Origin: Myxococcales bacterium
Lineage (GTDB): Bacteria > Myxococcota_A > Polyangia > Polyangiales > Polyangiaceae
Length of the DNA stretch: 64,000 nt
Direction of reading: 5' to 3'
NCBI GenBank assembly: GCA_043747615.1
Contig: JAYTOU010000086.1
Span: 1-64,000 of the forward strand
Shown here: positions 50,017 to 58,911 of the stretch, piece after piece
How positions within the stretch are numbered: the first letter of the stretch is position 1
How the letters are laid out: each line of letters opens with the position of its first letter
Notes under the pieces: model-generated
What the model was told of the DNA's origin: nothing
The model's database searches: none
What the model saw: the letters and a program-made list of their open reading frames with translations, nothing else
Made by a program: the position numbers and the translations under genes

Positions 50017-51321
50017 TTAGTCGCGGGCGTCGACGCCGCTGTCTTTGAATGGCCCGGTGGAACCGGTGGACGGGGCTCCGCTGTCGGCGACGGGAGCGTC
50101 GAAGGTGCCCGTGGCCTCGGATAGAACGCCCGCCTGCCAGTACGAGCCCGCCCGCCGAACCGTCGGGTCGCACGTCTCGCGCATGAGCGCTGCGTTCCTG
50201 AACGTGCGAACACAAAGAACGGGCGCGCCTTGGAAGCGATCGTCGATGTAGCGTGCGCCGATCGCGAAGCGTCCAGGTGGATCGGCGTGAAGTCGCATCA
50301 GGGTGTTCGCCCCGTGAGTCTCGAGCTCGCACCACGCGGGGCGCTCCTTGGCGTCCCCAAAACAGTCGACCCAGGCCGCGCGTCCGTTCGCAGGCATCTC
50401 GAGCGCGTGCAGCTCGACGCGCGGAAATGTCGAGGGGTCGTCGCTGCCGTCGAACTTCGACCAGAACAGCTCGACGTACGTGTCGCGCGTGGCGGGAACG
50501 GCATCGACCACCGCGGTGCCGCCGCCTTTGCGGCCCTGATCCTCGGTGAGCTCGAGGCGAATCACGTAGCGTCCGAGCGAGTCGATCGGAAATCGCACGC
50601 GCATGCCGGTGCCGTCGAAGGTGAGCTTGGCCGCGGAGCCCTTGGGGATCTCGCTCATCATCACGGACTGATCGACGATGTTGCTCGACCACGCTTCGTT
50701 TTGTGCTTGGCACTCCACCTGATCCCCGAGCTGCACGCTCCCGCGCACAGCCCATTTCGGGGACGACGAGGAACGGCACACGACGCCACCTTTGGGCCCG
50801 CCGCCGTCGCACGCCACGCCTCGCTCAGTGTCGGCGTGGATATGAAGGGGTTTGTCGCTGCGGGCGAGCGACACCATGTCGAACGGTGGAGACGCGCCCT
50901 TCAGCTTTGGACACCCTTCGCCCGCCCCGGTCTGCATCGCGTAGACGTGGATCGCGTCTTCCGAGCGAATGACCTTCGTCACTTGGAGCGAGGTGACGTC
51001 CACCGATCCGGCGTATCCGGCGAGCACCATCGTGCGATTGAAGTCAACGTTCGGCGGCAGCGGACGGCTCGGAAAATCGGCGAACAACAGAGCCCAGTCC
51101 TCTTCGCTCCGGATCGCATACCAGCCTGCGGCAAGCCCGGCGTGGACCGGCTTGGCGATTCGCGCGATGTCGACGTTCTCGCCGATGTCGACCTCCGCCG
51201 GCTGACCAAGCCGTCCGGGGTGAACGAACAGTGGGGGCGGTCCGTGACACGCGGACAACAACGCGAAGGACGCGCCTGCGCCCGCAAGGATCGTCGCCGC
51301 CAAGACCGAGCTGTGTTTCAC
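50017..51321 (-). CDS. Hypothetical lipoprotein with PrcB C-terminal-like and Ig/PKD-like domains
   Basis: Lipobox LLSA-C; PNVDFNRTMVLAGY...PFDMVSL (PrcB_C-like); GRYVIRLELTEDQG. Confidence 0.65.
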   Translation of the reverse strand: MKHSSVLAATILAGAGASFALLSACHGPPPLFVHPGRLGQPAEVDIGENVDIARIAKPVHAGLAAGWYAIRSEEDWALLFADFPSRPLPPNVDFNRTMVLAGYAGSVDVTSLQVTKVIRSEDAIHVYAMQTGAGEGCPKLKGASPPFDMVSLARSDKPLHIHADTERGVACDGGGPKGGVVCRSSSSPKWAVRGSVQLGDQVECQAQNEAWSSNIVDQSVMMSEIPKGSAAKLTFDGTGMRVRFPIDSLGRYVIRLELTEDQGRKGGGTAVVDAVPATRDTYVELFWSKFDGSDDPSTFPRVELHALEMPANGRAAWVDCFGDAKERPAWCELETHGANTLMRLHADPPGRFAIGARYIDDRFQGAPVLCVRTFRNAALMRETCDPTVRRAGSYWQAGVLSEATGTFDAPVADSGAPSTGSTGPFKDSGVDARD

Positions 51322-51433
51322 GCGGGCAGGATACCGCTTGCGCTCGAAACCAGACAACGAAACGCCGGTTTTGGGTGCGTTTTGCCGCTCCGCGCACCGC
51401 GGCGGCGCCTGACGATCGTGTTACACTTTTACC

Positions 51434-52777
51434 ATGCTCACTAGGTTCCCTCTCTTCTTCGCGCTTGCCGCCTTGCCACTTCCGTTCGTCGTGGGCTGCG
51501 GCTCGAATAACCCGGCTGCTCCCGATGGAGACGCAGGCACCGCCGAGGGTGGGAACGCCGAAGGGGGAGGGGGTGACGCCGGTGCGGACGGAGCAGCGCC
51601 GCCATCGTCGAACATCAAGCACGTGGTGATCATCATCCAGGAAAACCACACCTTCGACAGCTACTTCGGGACGTATTGCACCGCACCGACAGGCTCCAAT
51701 CCCACGTGCACGGCGGGACCGGCCTGCTGCGAAGCGGCGCCCGCCACGCTCCCGAACGACGGCGGCGCGCCCACGGTGCTCAACGACACCGAAAATACCG
51801 CGCGCGATCCGGATCACACCCAGGCCACGGAGCTCACGGAGATGAACGGCGGCGCGATGGACAGGTACCTCCCGCGTAACGTCGCCTATGCCGATCCCGC
51901 CATCGTCGCCCCCTACCGCGCGTACGCCGGGATGTACGCCCTCGCCGACCGCTACTTCCAACCCGTCGTCGGGCAAAGCTCATCGAACGACATGTATTTC
52001 GCGCGCGCCAAATTCGTCTTCCTCGACAACACGGCTACGCCAGATGGCGTCTCCGCGCGATGCAACAACGGGGCAACGCCGACGACGTACACTGACAACA
52101 CCATCGCCGACTTCCTCAACGCTGGTGGAGTCTCCTGGGGCTTTTACGCCGAGGGCTACCAGGCCGCAGTCGCCGCGAATCCCGGAGGGGGATGCCCTAC
52201 GCCGCCCGCGGACTGCCCGCTTGGCATCGCGAGCTACCCCTGCATCTATGATCCGGGCGACGACCCGTTTGCCTACTATCCGGCCACCCGAGACAACGCG
52301 GCTTACATGCACGACTACGGACAGCTCGCGACGGACCTCGCAGGAACGCTCCCCGCCGTGAGCTACGTCAAGGCCATTGGCTACAAAACGGAGCATCCCC
52401 GCTCGCCCATCAGCCCCGGCGTCAGCTTCGTGACGGCGACGGTCAGCGCCATCCAGGCTTCGAAGTACGCGGCCGACACGCTCGTGATCCTCACCTACGA
52501 CGAGGGTGGGGGCTACTTCGATCACGTCACGCCCCCCGCGACGAGCCCGATCGACATGCAGCCTTACGGCACGCGCGTCCCGTTTATCGCCATCGGCAAA
52601 TTTGCGAAGGCGAACTTCGTGAGCCACCTGACGATGGAGCACTCGTCGGTCGTGAAGTTCATCGAGTGGAACTTCCTCGGCAAGAAGACCGGCCAGCTCG
52701 GCAACCGTGACACGACGGTGAACAACCTCGGCAGCCTGCTCGACCCCTCACAAACGGGTACCGCCGTTCCGGAGTGA
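51434..52777 (+). CDS. Phospholipase C / acid phosphatase (phosphoesterase family) lipoprotein
   Basis: Lipobox VVG-C; IKHVVIIIQENHTFDSYFG, DPDH, EHP, TYDEGGGYFDHV, GTRVP, EHSSVVKFIE. Confidence 0.92.
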   Translation: MLTRFPLFFALAALPLPFVVGCGSNNPAAPDGDAGTAEGGNAEGGGGDAGADGAAPPSSNIKHVVIIIQENHTFDSYFGTYCTAPTGSNPTCTAGPACCEAAPATLPNDGGAPTVLNDTENTARDPDHTQATELTEMNGGAMDRYLPRNVAYADPAIVAPYRAYAGMYALADRYFQPVVGQSSSNDMYFARAKFVFLDNTATPDGVSARCNNGATPTTYTDNTIADFLNAGGVSWGFYAEGYQAAVAANPGGGCPTPPADCPLGIASYPCIYDPGDDPFAYYPATRDNAAYMHDYGQLATDLAGTLPAVSYVKAIGYKTEHPRSPISPGVSFVTATVSAIQASKYAADTLVILTYDEGGGYFDHVTPPATSPIDMQPYGTRVPFIAIGKFAKANFVSHLTMEHSSVVKFIEWNFLGKKTGQLGNRDTTVNNLGSLLDPSQTGTAVPE

Positions 52778-52825
52778 CGACGCGAGGCCTTCGCGAGAAC
52801 GGTCTCGCGCTGGAGACGTCGCGCT

Positions 52826-53812
52826 CTATGCCGCCGCCACGTCCCCGTCGCCCGAACGTTCGGTGTGGTCGCGACCTGCGTTCTTCGCGCGATAGAGGGC
52901 AGCGTCGGCGCGTGCCACGAGGCGGGTCGATGCAAATTGTTCGTCGCTCCGCGCGGCCGTCACGCCTGCGCTGAACTTGACAGGGCGGTAGGTTCCGTTC
53001 GTGAATTCGAAGGGATTTGCAGCCAGCTGGGTGCGCAGCCGCTCGCTCACTTCCATGGCTCGATCGGCATCACAGCGGTTGAGGAGAATCACGAACTCCT
53101 CACCGCCGTAGCGGAAGGCGACGTCTTCGCTCCGCAGTACCGACTTGATGGCTTCCGCGAAGTGCACGAGGACTCGGTCGCCCTCTTCGTGCCCGTGGGC
53201 ATCGTTGACTCGCTTGAAGTGGTCGATGTCGATCATGACCACGGAGTACGCCTCGTTGCGGCGCTTGGCCGAGGCCGTTGCTTCGGCGAGCCGCAGGTCG
53301 AAGTGGCGGCGATTGAAGAGGCCGGTGAGCACGTCGACGGTGGCGTGGAGCTCCGCGAAATTCAATTCGCGGCGGAGCCTGCGCTCGTTGCGTGCGCGTT
53401 CGACGGCGCCCCGTAGCTTGGCTACGAGAACCGACGGTGAGCAAGGCTTGGTGATGTAGTCGATGGCGCCGGTGTCAACGCCGTGAACGATATCCGCGTC
53501 GCTCGTTGCTCCTCCCGTGAGGAAGATGACCGGGATGTTCGCCGTCGCGGGGCGGCTCATGAGCGTGCGAAGGACCTCGAATCCGTCCATGCGCGGCATG
53601 TTCACATCCAGAACGATGGCGTCGATCACGTCGGCGCGCTCCGTCGCAATCTGGATGGCTTCCTCGCCATTCAAGGCGGGGAAGCAATTGAAGCCGCTCC
53701 GCTCGAGGGCGTGGATGGCGAGCATTCGACCATCGTCGTTGTCGTCCACGACGAGCACGGTGCCTGCGGCTTGCCGGACGCCACTCGTCAACTTTGCCGA
53801 TTCAATTGCCAT
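52826..53812 (-). CDS. Response regulator diguanylate cyclase (REC-GGDEF)
   Basis: VVDD, LDVNMP, TKP; DVLTGLFNRR, DIDHFKRVND, I-site RSED, RYGGEEF, ALYRAK. Confidence 0.95.
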   Translation of the reverse strand: MAIESAKLTSGVRQAAGTVLVVDDNDDGRMLAIHALERSGFNCFPALNGEEAIQIATERADVIDAIVLDVNMPRMDGFEVLRTLMSRPATANIPVIFLTGGATSDADIVHGVDTGAIDYITKPCSPSVLVAKLRGAVERARNERRLRRELNFAELHATVDVLTGLFNRRHFDLRLAEATASAKRRNEAYSVVMIDIDHFKRVNDAHGHEEGDRVLVHFAEAIKSVLRSEDVAFRYGGEEFVILLNRCDADRAMEVSERLRTQLAANPFEFTNGTYRPVKFSAGVTAARSDEQFASTRLVARADAALYRAKNAGRDHTERSGDGDVAAA

Positions 53813-53830
53813 GGTCCTAGCCGCACCTCA

Positions 53831-53846
53831 TGCAAGGGAGCGACCA
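53831..53846 (-). promoter_or_regulatory. Candidate sigma-54 promoter of the diguanylate cyclase
   Basis: Minus strand TGGTCGCTCCCTTGCA has GG-N10-GC spacing with TTGCA; 18 nt before the ATG. Confidence 0.45.
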
Positions 53847-54003
53847 ACCCGCTCGCTGCTATGCCTCCGGGAGGACTCCCCGATGAAAATGCCGCAATTT
53901 CGAGCCTCCACGCACCCAAACCTACACGAGCTTACTGTGGCAAAGTTCAACGAGGTGAGGCCCAGCTGCGCAGTTGCACAGGCGACTGCTACGTTGGCGA
54001 CGC

Positions 54004-54426
54004 ATGATGGAAAACGAAGAGGTCCTCTTTCAGGGTCGACCAAGCTGGAGAGCGTGGGCGGGGCTGTGGATCTGGGGATGGATCCTTTTGCCGGTGCTGA
54101 TCGGCGGGGTGCTCTTGCTGATGGTCGAGGCCCGCAAGCGGCAGGTCGCCTGGAAGATCACGTCCCGGCGAATCGAGGTGGAGCGCGGTTGGCTGTCGAA
54201 GCAGGTCGACACTCTCGAGCTCTGGCGAATCCGCGACGTAGAATTCAACCAGAGCCTGACCGATCGCATGTTCGGTGTGTCGCGCCTCACCATCACCGCA
54301 CACGACGGGCAAAGCCCGGTGATGGACGTCCGCGGCCTTCCAGCCGATCGCGCGCTCTACGATCGCCTCATGAGCGCCGTCATGAACGCGCGGCAGCAGC
54401 GCGGGGTACTGAACCTGAATCCATAA
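54004..54426 (+). CDS. Bacterial PH-domain membrane protein
   Basis: GRPSW, TM hairpin, WKITSRRIEVERGWLS...LWRIRDVEFNQSLTDRMFG. Confidence 0.85.
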   Translation: MMENEEVLFQGRPSWRAWAGLWIWGWILLPVLIGGVLLLMVEARKRQVAWKITSRRIEVERGWLSKQVDTLELWRIRDVEFNQSLTDRMFGVSRLTITAHDGQSPVMDVRGLPADRALYDRLMSAVMNARQQRGVLNLNP

Positions 54427-55390
54427 TGGCGGTTGATCTTCCGATGGTGACGAAGAGGCCGCCTTCGTAGCCGATCGTCATCGACCATCCGATCTGGGCA
54501 AACCAATTTTCGAGACCCCAGTTGTCCTCCGCGGGGGTAAAGAGCTCGGGGCCCTCGAGGGGCTCGGCGCCCATCAGCGTATTCGGATAGGCGCGCACGT
54601 ACTCCACGTCGTTCTCGCGAAACCAGCTCTGCACTTCGCGCAGCGTGTGGCGGTGCTCCTCCGGATGCTCGTACTGATCGCGAAACCACGCTTTTCTCCG
54701 CGCAGGCTCGGCGTTGCGCGCGCGAAGGACGGGGTCGAACGGGATGAACTTGAAGCCGGTGAGCCGGCCGACTCCGCGGCGCAGGCGATGAGGAAAGCGT
54801 GCGTACACGTTGTAGAGGCCAAGGACGATCATCCCGCCCGGCTTCACGAGCTTGGCCATCGAAGCGAAGGACGCGCGCGGGTTCGGGGTGTGATGAAGGA
54901 CGCCCGAGGAGTAGACGACGTCGAACGCTCCGTGGCGGAGGCCCGGTGAGCGCAAATCGGTTTCGACGAAATGAACCTTGTCGAGGGCGTATCGTTTTGC
55001 CGCCGCCGCCCCGAGCTCGAGAGACGCGCGGGTGAGGTCTGCACCAATGATGGTGCGATCGGCGGTGGCGAGAAAGAGGCTCATTTGCCCGGTGCCGCAG
55101 CCGATTTCAAGGACCTTCGCGTCGCCGGGAATGGCTTGGTCGAGGAGGCGCGCGAACTCGCTTTTCGCGGCCTTGCCACGGAGCCCGGAGAGACTTTCGT
55201 CCGCCGGGTAGTTCGGAAAAGGGGAGTCGGAATAGAAGTCGCGAACGGTCTCGGTGCGCGCTTCGGACGGGACACGCAGATCGGGGATGCCGTTCTTGAT
55301 CTCATACGTCTCGCCGCACGATCCGCAATTCAGCGCGTCGTCGAGCGCCCCTCTGCAGGCCGGGCAAGCGAGGAGAGCCGAGACGTGCAT
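54380..55390 (-). CDS. Class I SAM-dependent methyltransferase with N-terminal Trm112-like Zn ribbon
   Basis: LACPAC...CGSC...GIPDL; FYSDSPFPNY; LEIGCGTG; FDVVYSSGVLHHT; WFRDQYEHPEE. Confidence 0.9.
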   Translation of the reverse strand: MHVSALLACPACRGALDDALNCGSCGETYEIKNGIPDLRVPSEARTETVRDFYSDSPFPNYPADESLSGLRGKAAKSEFARLLDQAIPGDAKVLEIGCGTGQMSLFLATADRTIIGADLTRASLELGAAAAKRYALDKVHFVETDLRSPGLRHGAFDVVYSSGVLHHTPNPRASFASMAKLVKPGGMIVLGLYNVYARFPHRLRRGVGRLTGFKFIPFDPVLRARNAEPARRKAWFRDQYEHPEEHRHTLREVQSWFRENDVEYVRAYPNTLMGAEPLEGPELFTPAEDNWGLENWFAQIGWSMTIGYEGGLFVTIGRSTAIMDSGSVPRAAAARS

Positions 55391-55391
55391 C

Positions 55392-55604
55392 TCAAAAAAT
55401 AGTGTAGATGAACGGTGCCAGCGCCTCGACGCTCGCCGCGGCGATGAGCACGAGCCCCGTCACGCACAGGAAGACGACGAGTGGCACGAGCCAGCGGTTT
55501 CCCTGCCGGTTCGTCCACAGCCCACGGGCGAATCCACCGATGGATGGGATCGCCGAAGCGATGGTGATCAGACCGCGTCGAACTTTTCCGTGTCTCGGGA
55601 GCAT
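55392..55604 (-). CDS. Small membrane protein, DUF5989 / SxtK-like
   Basis: 70 aa ending RWLVPLVVFLCVTGLVLIAAASVEALAPFIYTIF; the APFIYT(L/I)F terminus is typical of peptides encoded next to carbamoyltransferases; TGATG overlap. Confidence 0.85.
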   Translation of the reverse strand: MLPRHGKVRRGLITIASAIPSIGGFARGLWTNRQGNRWLVPLVVFLCVTGLVLIAAASVEALAPFIYTIF

Positions 55605-57376
55605 CAGACGTGTGCCTCTTCGTTGGAGTGCGCCGTTGCCCGCGCCTTCGAGACGATATTTCTGCCGGCGATGAGAAGGTCGATCCCGCACCGTCGGAAC
55701 GTGGAGTAGCCCTCCACGGCCCGAGTGACGATGGGCTCTCCGGCCAAGTTGAACGAAGTGTTGAGAAGGATCGGGATCCCCGTCTGCGCGCCGTAGCGCT
55801 GGAGGAGGGCGTAAAATTTGGGCGCTTTCGATTGTTCGACGGTCTGCACTCGGGCGGTGCCGTCGGTGTGGGTGACGGCGGCGAGCTTCTCGCGCCACTC
55901 GGGCTTCACCGGGAAAACGCCGGACATGTAGCGACCGAGAGCGGCTCCGCCCGGGGGTAGCTCGAAGTAGCGATCGGCCAACTCCATCGGGACGGCGGGC
56001 GCGAACGGACGAAACTCTTCGCGGTACTTTATCTCGCGGTTCAAGCGATCTTTCATCTCTGCGCTGTGCGGCGCCGCGAGAATGCTGCGGTTGCCGAGCG
56101 CGCGCGGGCCGAGCTCTGCGGCTCCGTCCATCCAGCCGATGATCTTCCCCTGGGCGAGCTCCATCGCCGTGCGATCGAGGAGTGCTTCGTCGCTCACCAT
56201 GGTCTCGAGCGTGAGGCCGTCTTCCGTTGCCACCCGCGCGAGCTCGTCGGCGTCGACGCCGGGGCCCCAGTACGGATGCTCGGGGAGCTCGCGATCGGGC
56301 TGACCAAAATGAACGCGATCGGCGTAGAGCGCGGCGCCGAGCGCGCACCCGCTGTCTCCGGGGGAGGAAGGCACGTAGAGGTTCTTGAAGCCGGATTCCC
56401 GTAAGATGCGAGCGTTCGCGCAGCCGTTCAAAGCCACGCCACCGCCGAAGCAGAGGTCATCCATCCCCGTCTCTTCGTGGAGCGCTTTGGTGAGCTCGAC
56501 CAGCGTGTCCTCGAGCACGCGCTGGACGCTTGCCGCGATGTCGGCGTAGCGCCCGCCCTCTTTCGTCGTCGGGTCGAGGGGCTCGTGCGCGGCGCGCGGG
56601 CGTCCGAAGAGGTCGACGAACTTGGACGAGAACGAGCGCTTCGCCGAGGTGTGAAAATCGAAGTAAGACAGGTCGAGCGCGAATGCGCCCTTCGGTGCGG
56701 ACACGATGACCTTTCGAACCTCGGCCTCGAAGATGGGCTTTCCGTACGACGCGAGGCCCATCACCTTGTACTCGCCCTCGTTCACCTCGAAGCCTAAAAA
56801 TGCGGTGAACGTGGAGTAGAGCATTCCGAGCGAGTGCGGAAAACGCAGCTCGCGGAGGAGCTCGATGCTCACCTTCCCGTCTGCATTTCGTTCGCCGGTG
56901 CCGACAGAGAGGGTGGCCCATTCCCCGACGCCGTCGGCGGTGAGGATGGCGGCGCGCTTGCTCGGGGAGGTGAGGAACGCAGTGGCCGCGTGCGATTGAT
57001 GATGCTCGGTGAAGAGGATCTTGCTCCCCGAAATTCCGAGGTGGCCGGCGATGATCCCCTTTACCCAGAGCTTCTCGGCGAGCGAATTTTTCATCGCCTT
57101 TGGAAAGCTTCTCCAGGAGTAGGGAAACGCGCGTAGAGCGCAGGTGAGAATGCGCTCGAACTTTAGCATCGGCTTCTCGTAGAAGACGACGGCGTCGAGC
57201 TGACCGGGCTCGAGCTTCGCTTGGTCGAGGCACCACTCGATCGCCAAGAGGGGGAACGCTGCATCGTTCTTGCGGCGTGAGAGCCGCTCTTCTTGCACCG
57301 AGCAGAGAAGCGCGCCGTCGATGAGGAGCGCGGCCGCCGAGTCGTGATAGTGGGACGAGATGCCGAGAATTTTCAC
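55604..57376 (-). CDS. O-carbamoyltransferase (NodU/CmcH/SxtI family)
   Basis: HYHDSAA, QEERLSRRK, EHHQSHAA, DGVGE, HSLGMLY, GEYKVMGLA, GGVALN, GPRALGNRSIL, EFRPFAP, HTDGTARVQTV, LNTSFN. Confidence 0.96.
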   Translation of the reverse strand: MKILGISSHYHDSAAALLIDGALLCSVQEERLSRRKNDAAFPLLAIEWCLDQAKLEPGQLDAVVFYEKPMLKFERILTCALRAFPYSWRSFPKAMKNSLAEKLWVKGIIAGHLGISGSKILFTEHHQSHAATAFLTSPSKRAAILTADGVGEWATLSVGTGERNADGKVSIELLRELRFPHSLGMLYSTFTAFLGFEVNEGEYKVMGLASYGKPIFEAEVRKVIVSAPKGAFALDLSYFDFHTSAKRSFSSKFVDLFGRPRAAHEPLDPTTKEGGRYADIAASVQRVLEDTLVELTKALHEETGMDDLCFGGGVALNGCANARILRESGFKNLYVPSSPGDSGCALGAALYADRVHFGQPDRELPEHPYWGPGVDADELARVATEDGLTLETMVSDEALLDRTAMELAQGKIIGWMDGAAELGPRALGNRSILAAPHSAEMKDRLNREIKYREEFRPFAPAVPMELADRYFELPPGGAALGRYMSGVFPVKPEWREKLAAVTHTDGTARVQTVEQSKAPKFYALLQRYGAQTGIPILLNTSFNLAGEPIVTRAVEGYSTFRRCGIDLLIAGRNIVSKARATAHSNEEAHV

Positions 57377-57379
57377 GTG

Positions 57380-58177
57380 TTAGTATTGCGAGGTGAGTGA
57401 GCCCTTGAGACGGGGCGTTGACCAACCCTCGAGCTCCTGCCGCGCCGCACGCTTCGCGAGGAGTGCAAAGAGCGGAAGCACGACGAAGTACTGGACGGTC
57501 AGCATGACTCCGCCGAGCACGTTGGCGACGGCGGTCGCCAGGCGAAGGTAGCCTCTCCACACGCGCACGAGGCGCGCCCACCACAGCTCGACGCCGTGCC
57601 TTTTCGGAGAGACGCGCTTCAGCTGGGCGTAGGTGTAGTTCATGTGAAATGCCTCGTCGCGCAGAATTTCGCCGAAGACGTCGCGCGTCGTTGGGTCGAC
57701 GCCGAGCACCTCGTGGTACACCGCGAAACGCCGAGCCGCAGCCTTCTCGGAGAGATGCAGGAAGGCAAGGAGCGACTCCTCCTTTTCCTTGTCGACGTGC
57801 AAGTCGTCGAGGCCGCGCTCACCGGGAGAGAACCAGTTCGCCTGGAACCCGGCAGGACCTTCAGCCCGGGGGAGCGCGGCGAGGATGGCCCGTCCGCGAA
57901 CACGAAACAGGTTCGCGTGGCGCTGCTCGTCTTCCGAGTGCCGCAGGTAGAGGCGGCGGAGGAGCGCGTCAGACGTGAGCTCAGCTGCTCGGCAGAGGTC
58001 GCGACCGCCGTCGGCCTCCGTCTGCGCGAACATGAGCAGCTTTCGCCCGCGGCGCTCGGCGTCGCGCCAGACCCACCGATGCACGGGAAAAAGAAGCCGA
58101 TCGAGGCCCGCAGGCCTGACCACCGATTTTGCGAGGACGGGGGCGGCTCCGTTCGCATGGGTTACGACGTCGCTCAT
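57380..58177 (-). CDS. Ferritin-like di-iron carboxylate protein with C-terminal SxtJ-like membrane segment
   Basis: E (TEADG), ExxH (DEQRH), E (SEKAA), ExxH (DEAFH); tail RVWRGYLRLATAVANVLGGVMLTVQYFVVLPLFALL...W...QY. Confidence 0.8.
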   Translation of the reverse strand: MSDVVTHANGAAPVLAKSVVRPAGLDRLLFPVHRWVWRDAERRGRKLLMFAQTEADGGRDLCRAAELTSDALLRRLYLRHSEDEQRHANLFRVRGRAILAALPRAEGPAGFQANWFSPGERGLDDLHVDKEKEESLLAFLHLSEKAAARRFAVYHEVLGVDPTTRDVFGEILRDEAFHMNYTYAQLKRVSPKRHGVELWWARLVRVWRGYLRLATAVANVLGGVMLTVQYFVVLPLFALLAKRAARQELEGWSTPRLKGSLTSQY

Positions 58178-58332
58178 CGCGCCCCAACGTTAGCGCACAA
58201 TGGAAGTGCCTGGAACGGCGCCGTCACGCGGGCTGCACGATTCCCGTGGAGAGCGCGCCCGCCCGGCAGAGTTTTCCACGGCCATCTGAGATGCGTGAAA
58301 TTCGAACTAGTACCCGCGTGGCAGGTGAAGGC

Positions 58333-58773
58333 TCAGAAGGGGGAGATGTCGGTCCAGTTCGCGTCGTGAGCGAAGGTTTCGACCACGCCAGGCGCAGCCG
58401 ATTTACCGACCACCATGCGTCGCCAGGAGTGGTCGGTGAACGTCGGAGGGGAGCCGGGGGTCGGCGGCGCGTACGCGGTGCTTCCGTCGGCAGGGGTGTG
58501 ATCGCAATAGAAGTCGACGCGGTAGCTGGTGCCGTCGTCGAGGACGGCGGGGATGGTGAAGCTCGCCAGCCCTTGGGGGTCGACCATCGTCATTTGCGAC
58601 GCGATGGTGGTCGTTCCCGCGGCGTTCTTGATCTTCAGGAACACAGGCTCGTTCGCGTGAGGCGCGTAGCCGGTCAAGCTCAGTTTGTAATCGCCCTTGG
58701 CGCCCGTCGAGGACGTGCTCGAGCTGCTGCAGGCGGTGAGAATCAACAGCGAAAAAAGTGCCTTATAGTTCAT
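58333..58773 (-). CDS. Small hypothetical lipoprotein with spaced His motifs
   Basis: Lipobox ILTA-C, Ser linker, APH, YRVDFYCDH, DHSWR, FAHDANWTDI. Confidence 0.75.
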   Translation of the reverse strand: MNYKALFSLLILTACSSSSTSSTGAKGDYKLSLTGYAPHANEPVFLKIKNAAGTTTIASQMTMVDPQGLASFTIPAVLDDGTSYRVDFYCDHTPADGSTAYAPPTPGSPPTFTDHSWRRMVVGKSAAPGVVETFAHDANWTDISPF

Positions 58774-58911
58774 CGAGGGATTCCATCGGATAGAGGCGGC
58801 CTCGTCAACCGCGAAAACTCGCCGCAGCGCTATCCAACTATCGTGACCGCCGCGGACCTTGTAGTCTCAAAGCCTGCGAATGACGGGCCGCAACCTCGAA
58901 AACACGAAACG

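Noticed and set aside
55392..58177. Saxitoxin biosynthesis cluster
   Set aside because: Only sxtI/J/K-like components are present. sxtA, sxtG, sxtB and the other core genes are absent from the window, and this trio is not specific to toxin producers.
58129..58911. N-terminal 261-codon extension of the kinase ORF in the ORF track
   Set aside because: It overlaps the opposite-strand lipoprotein and the start of the ferritin-like gene; the kinase domain begins right after ATG 58912.
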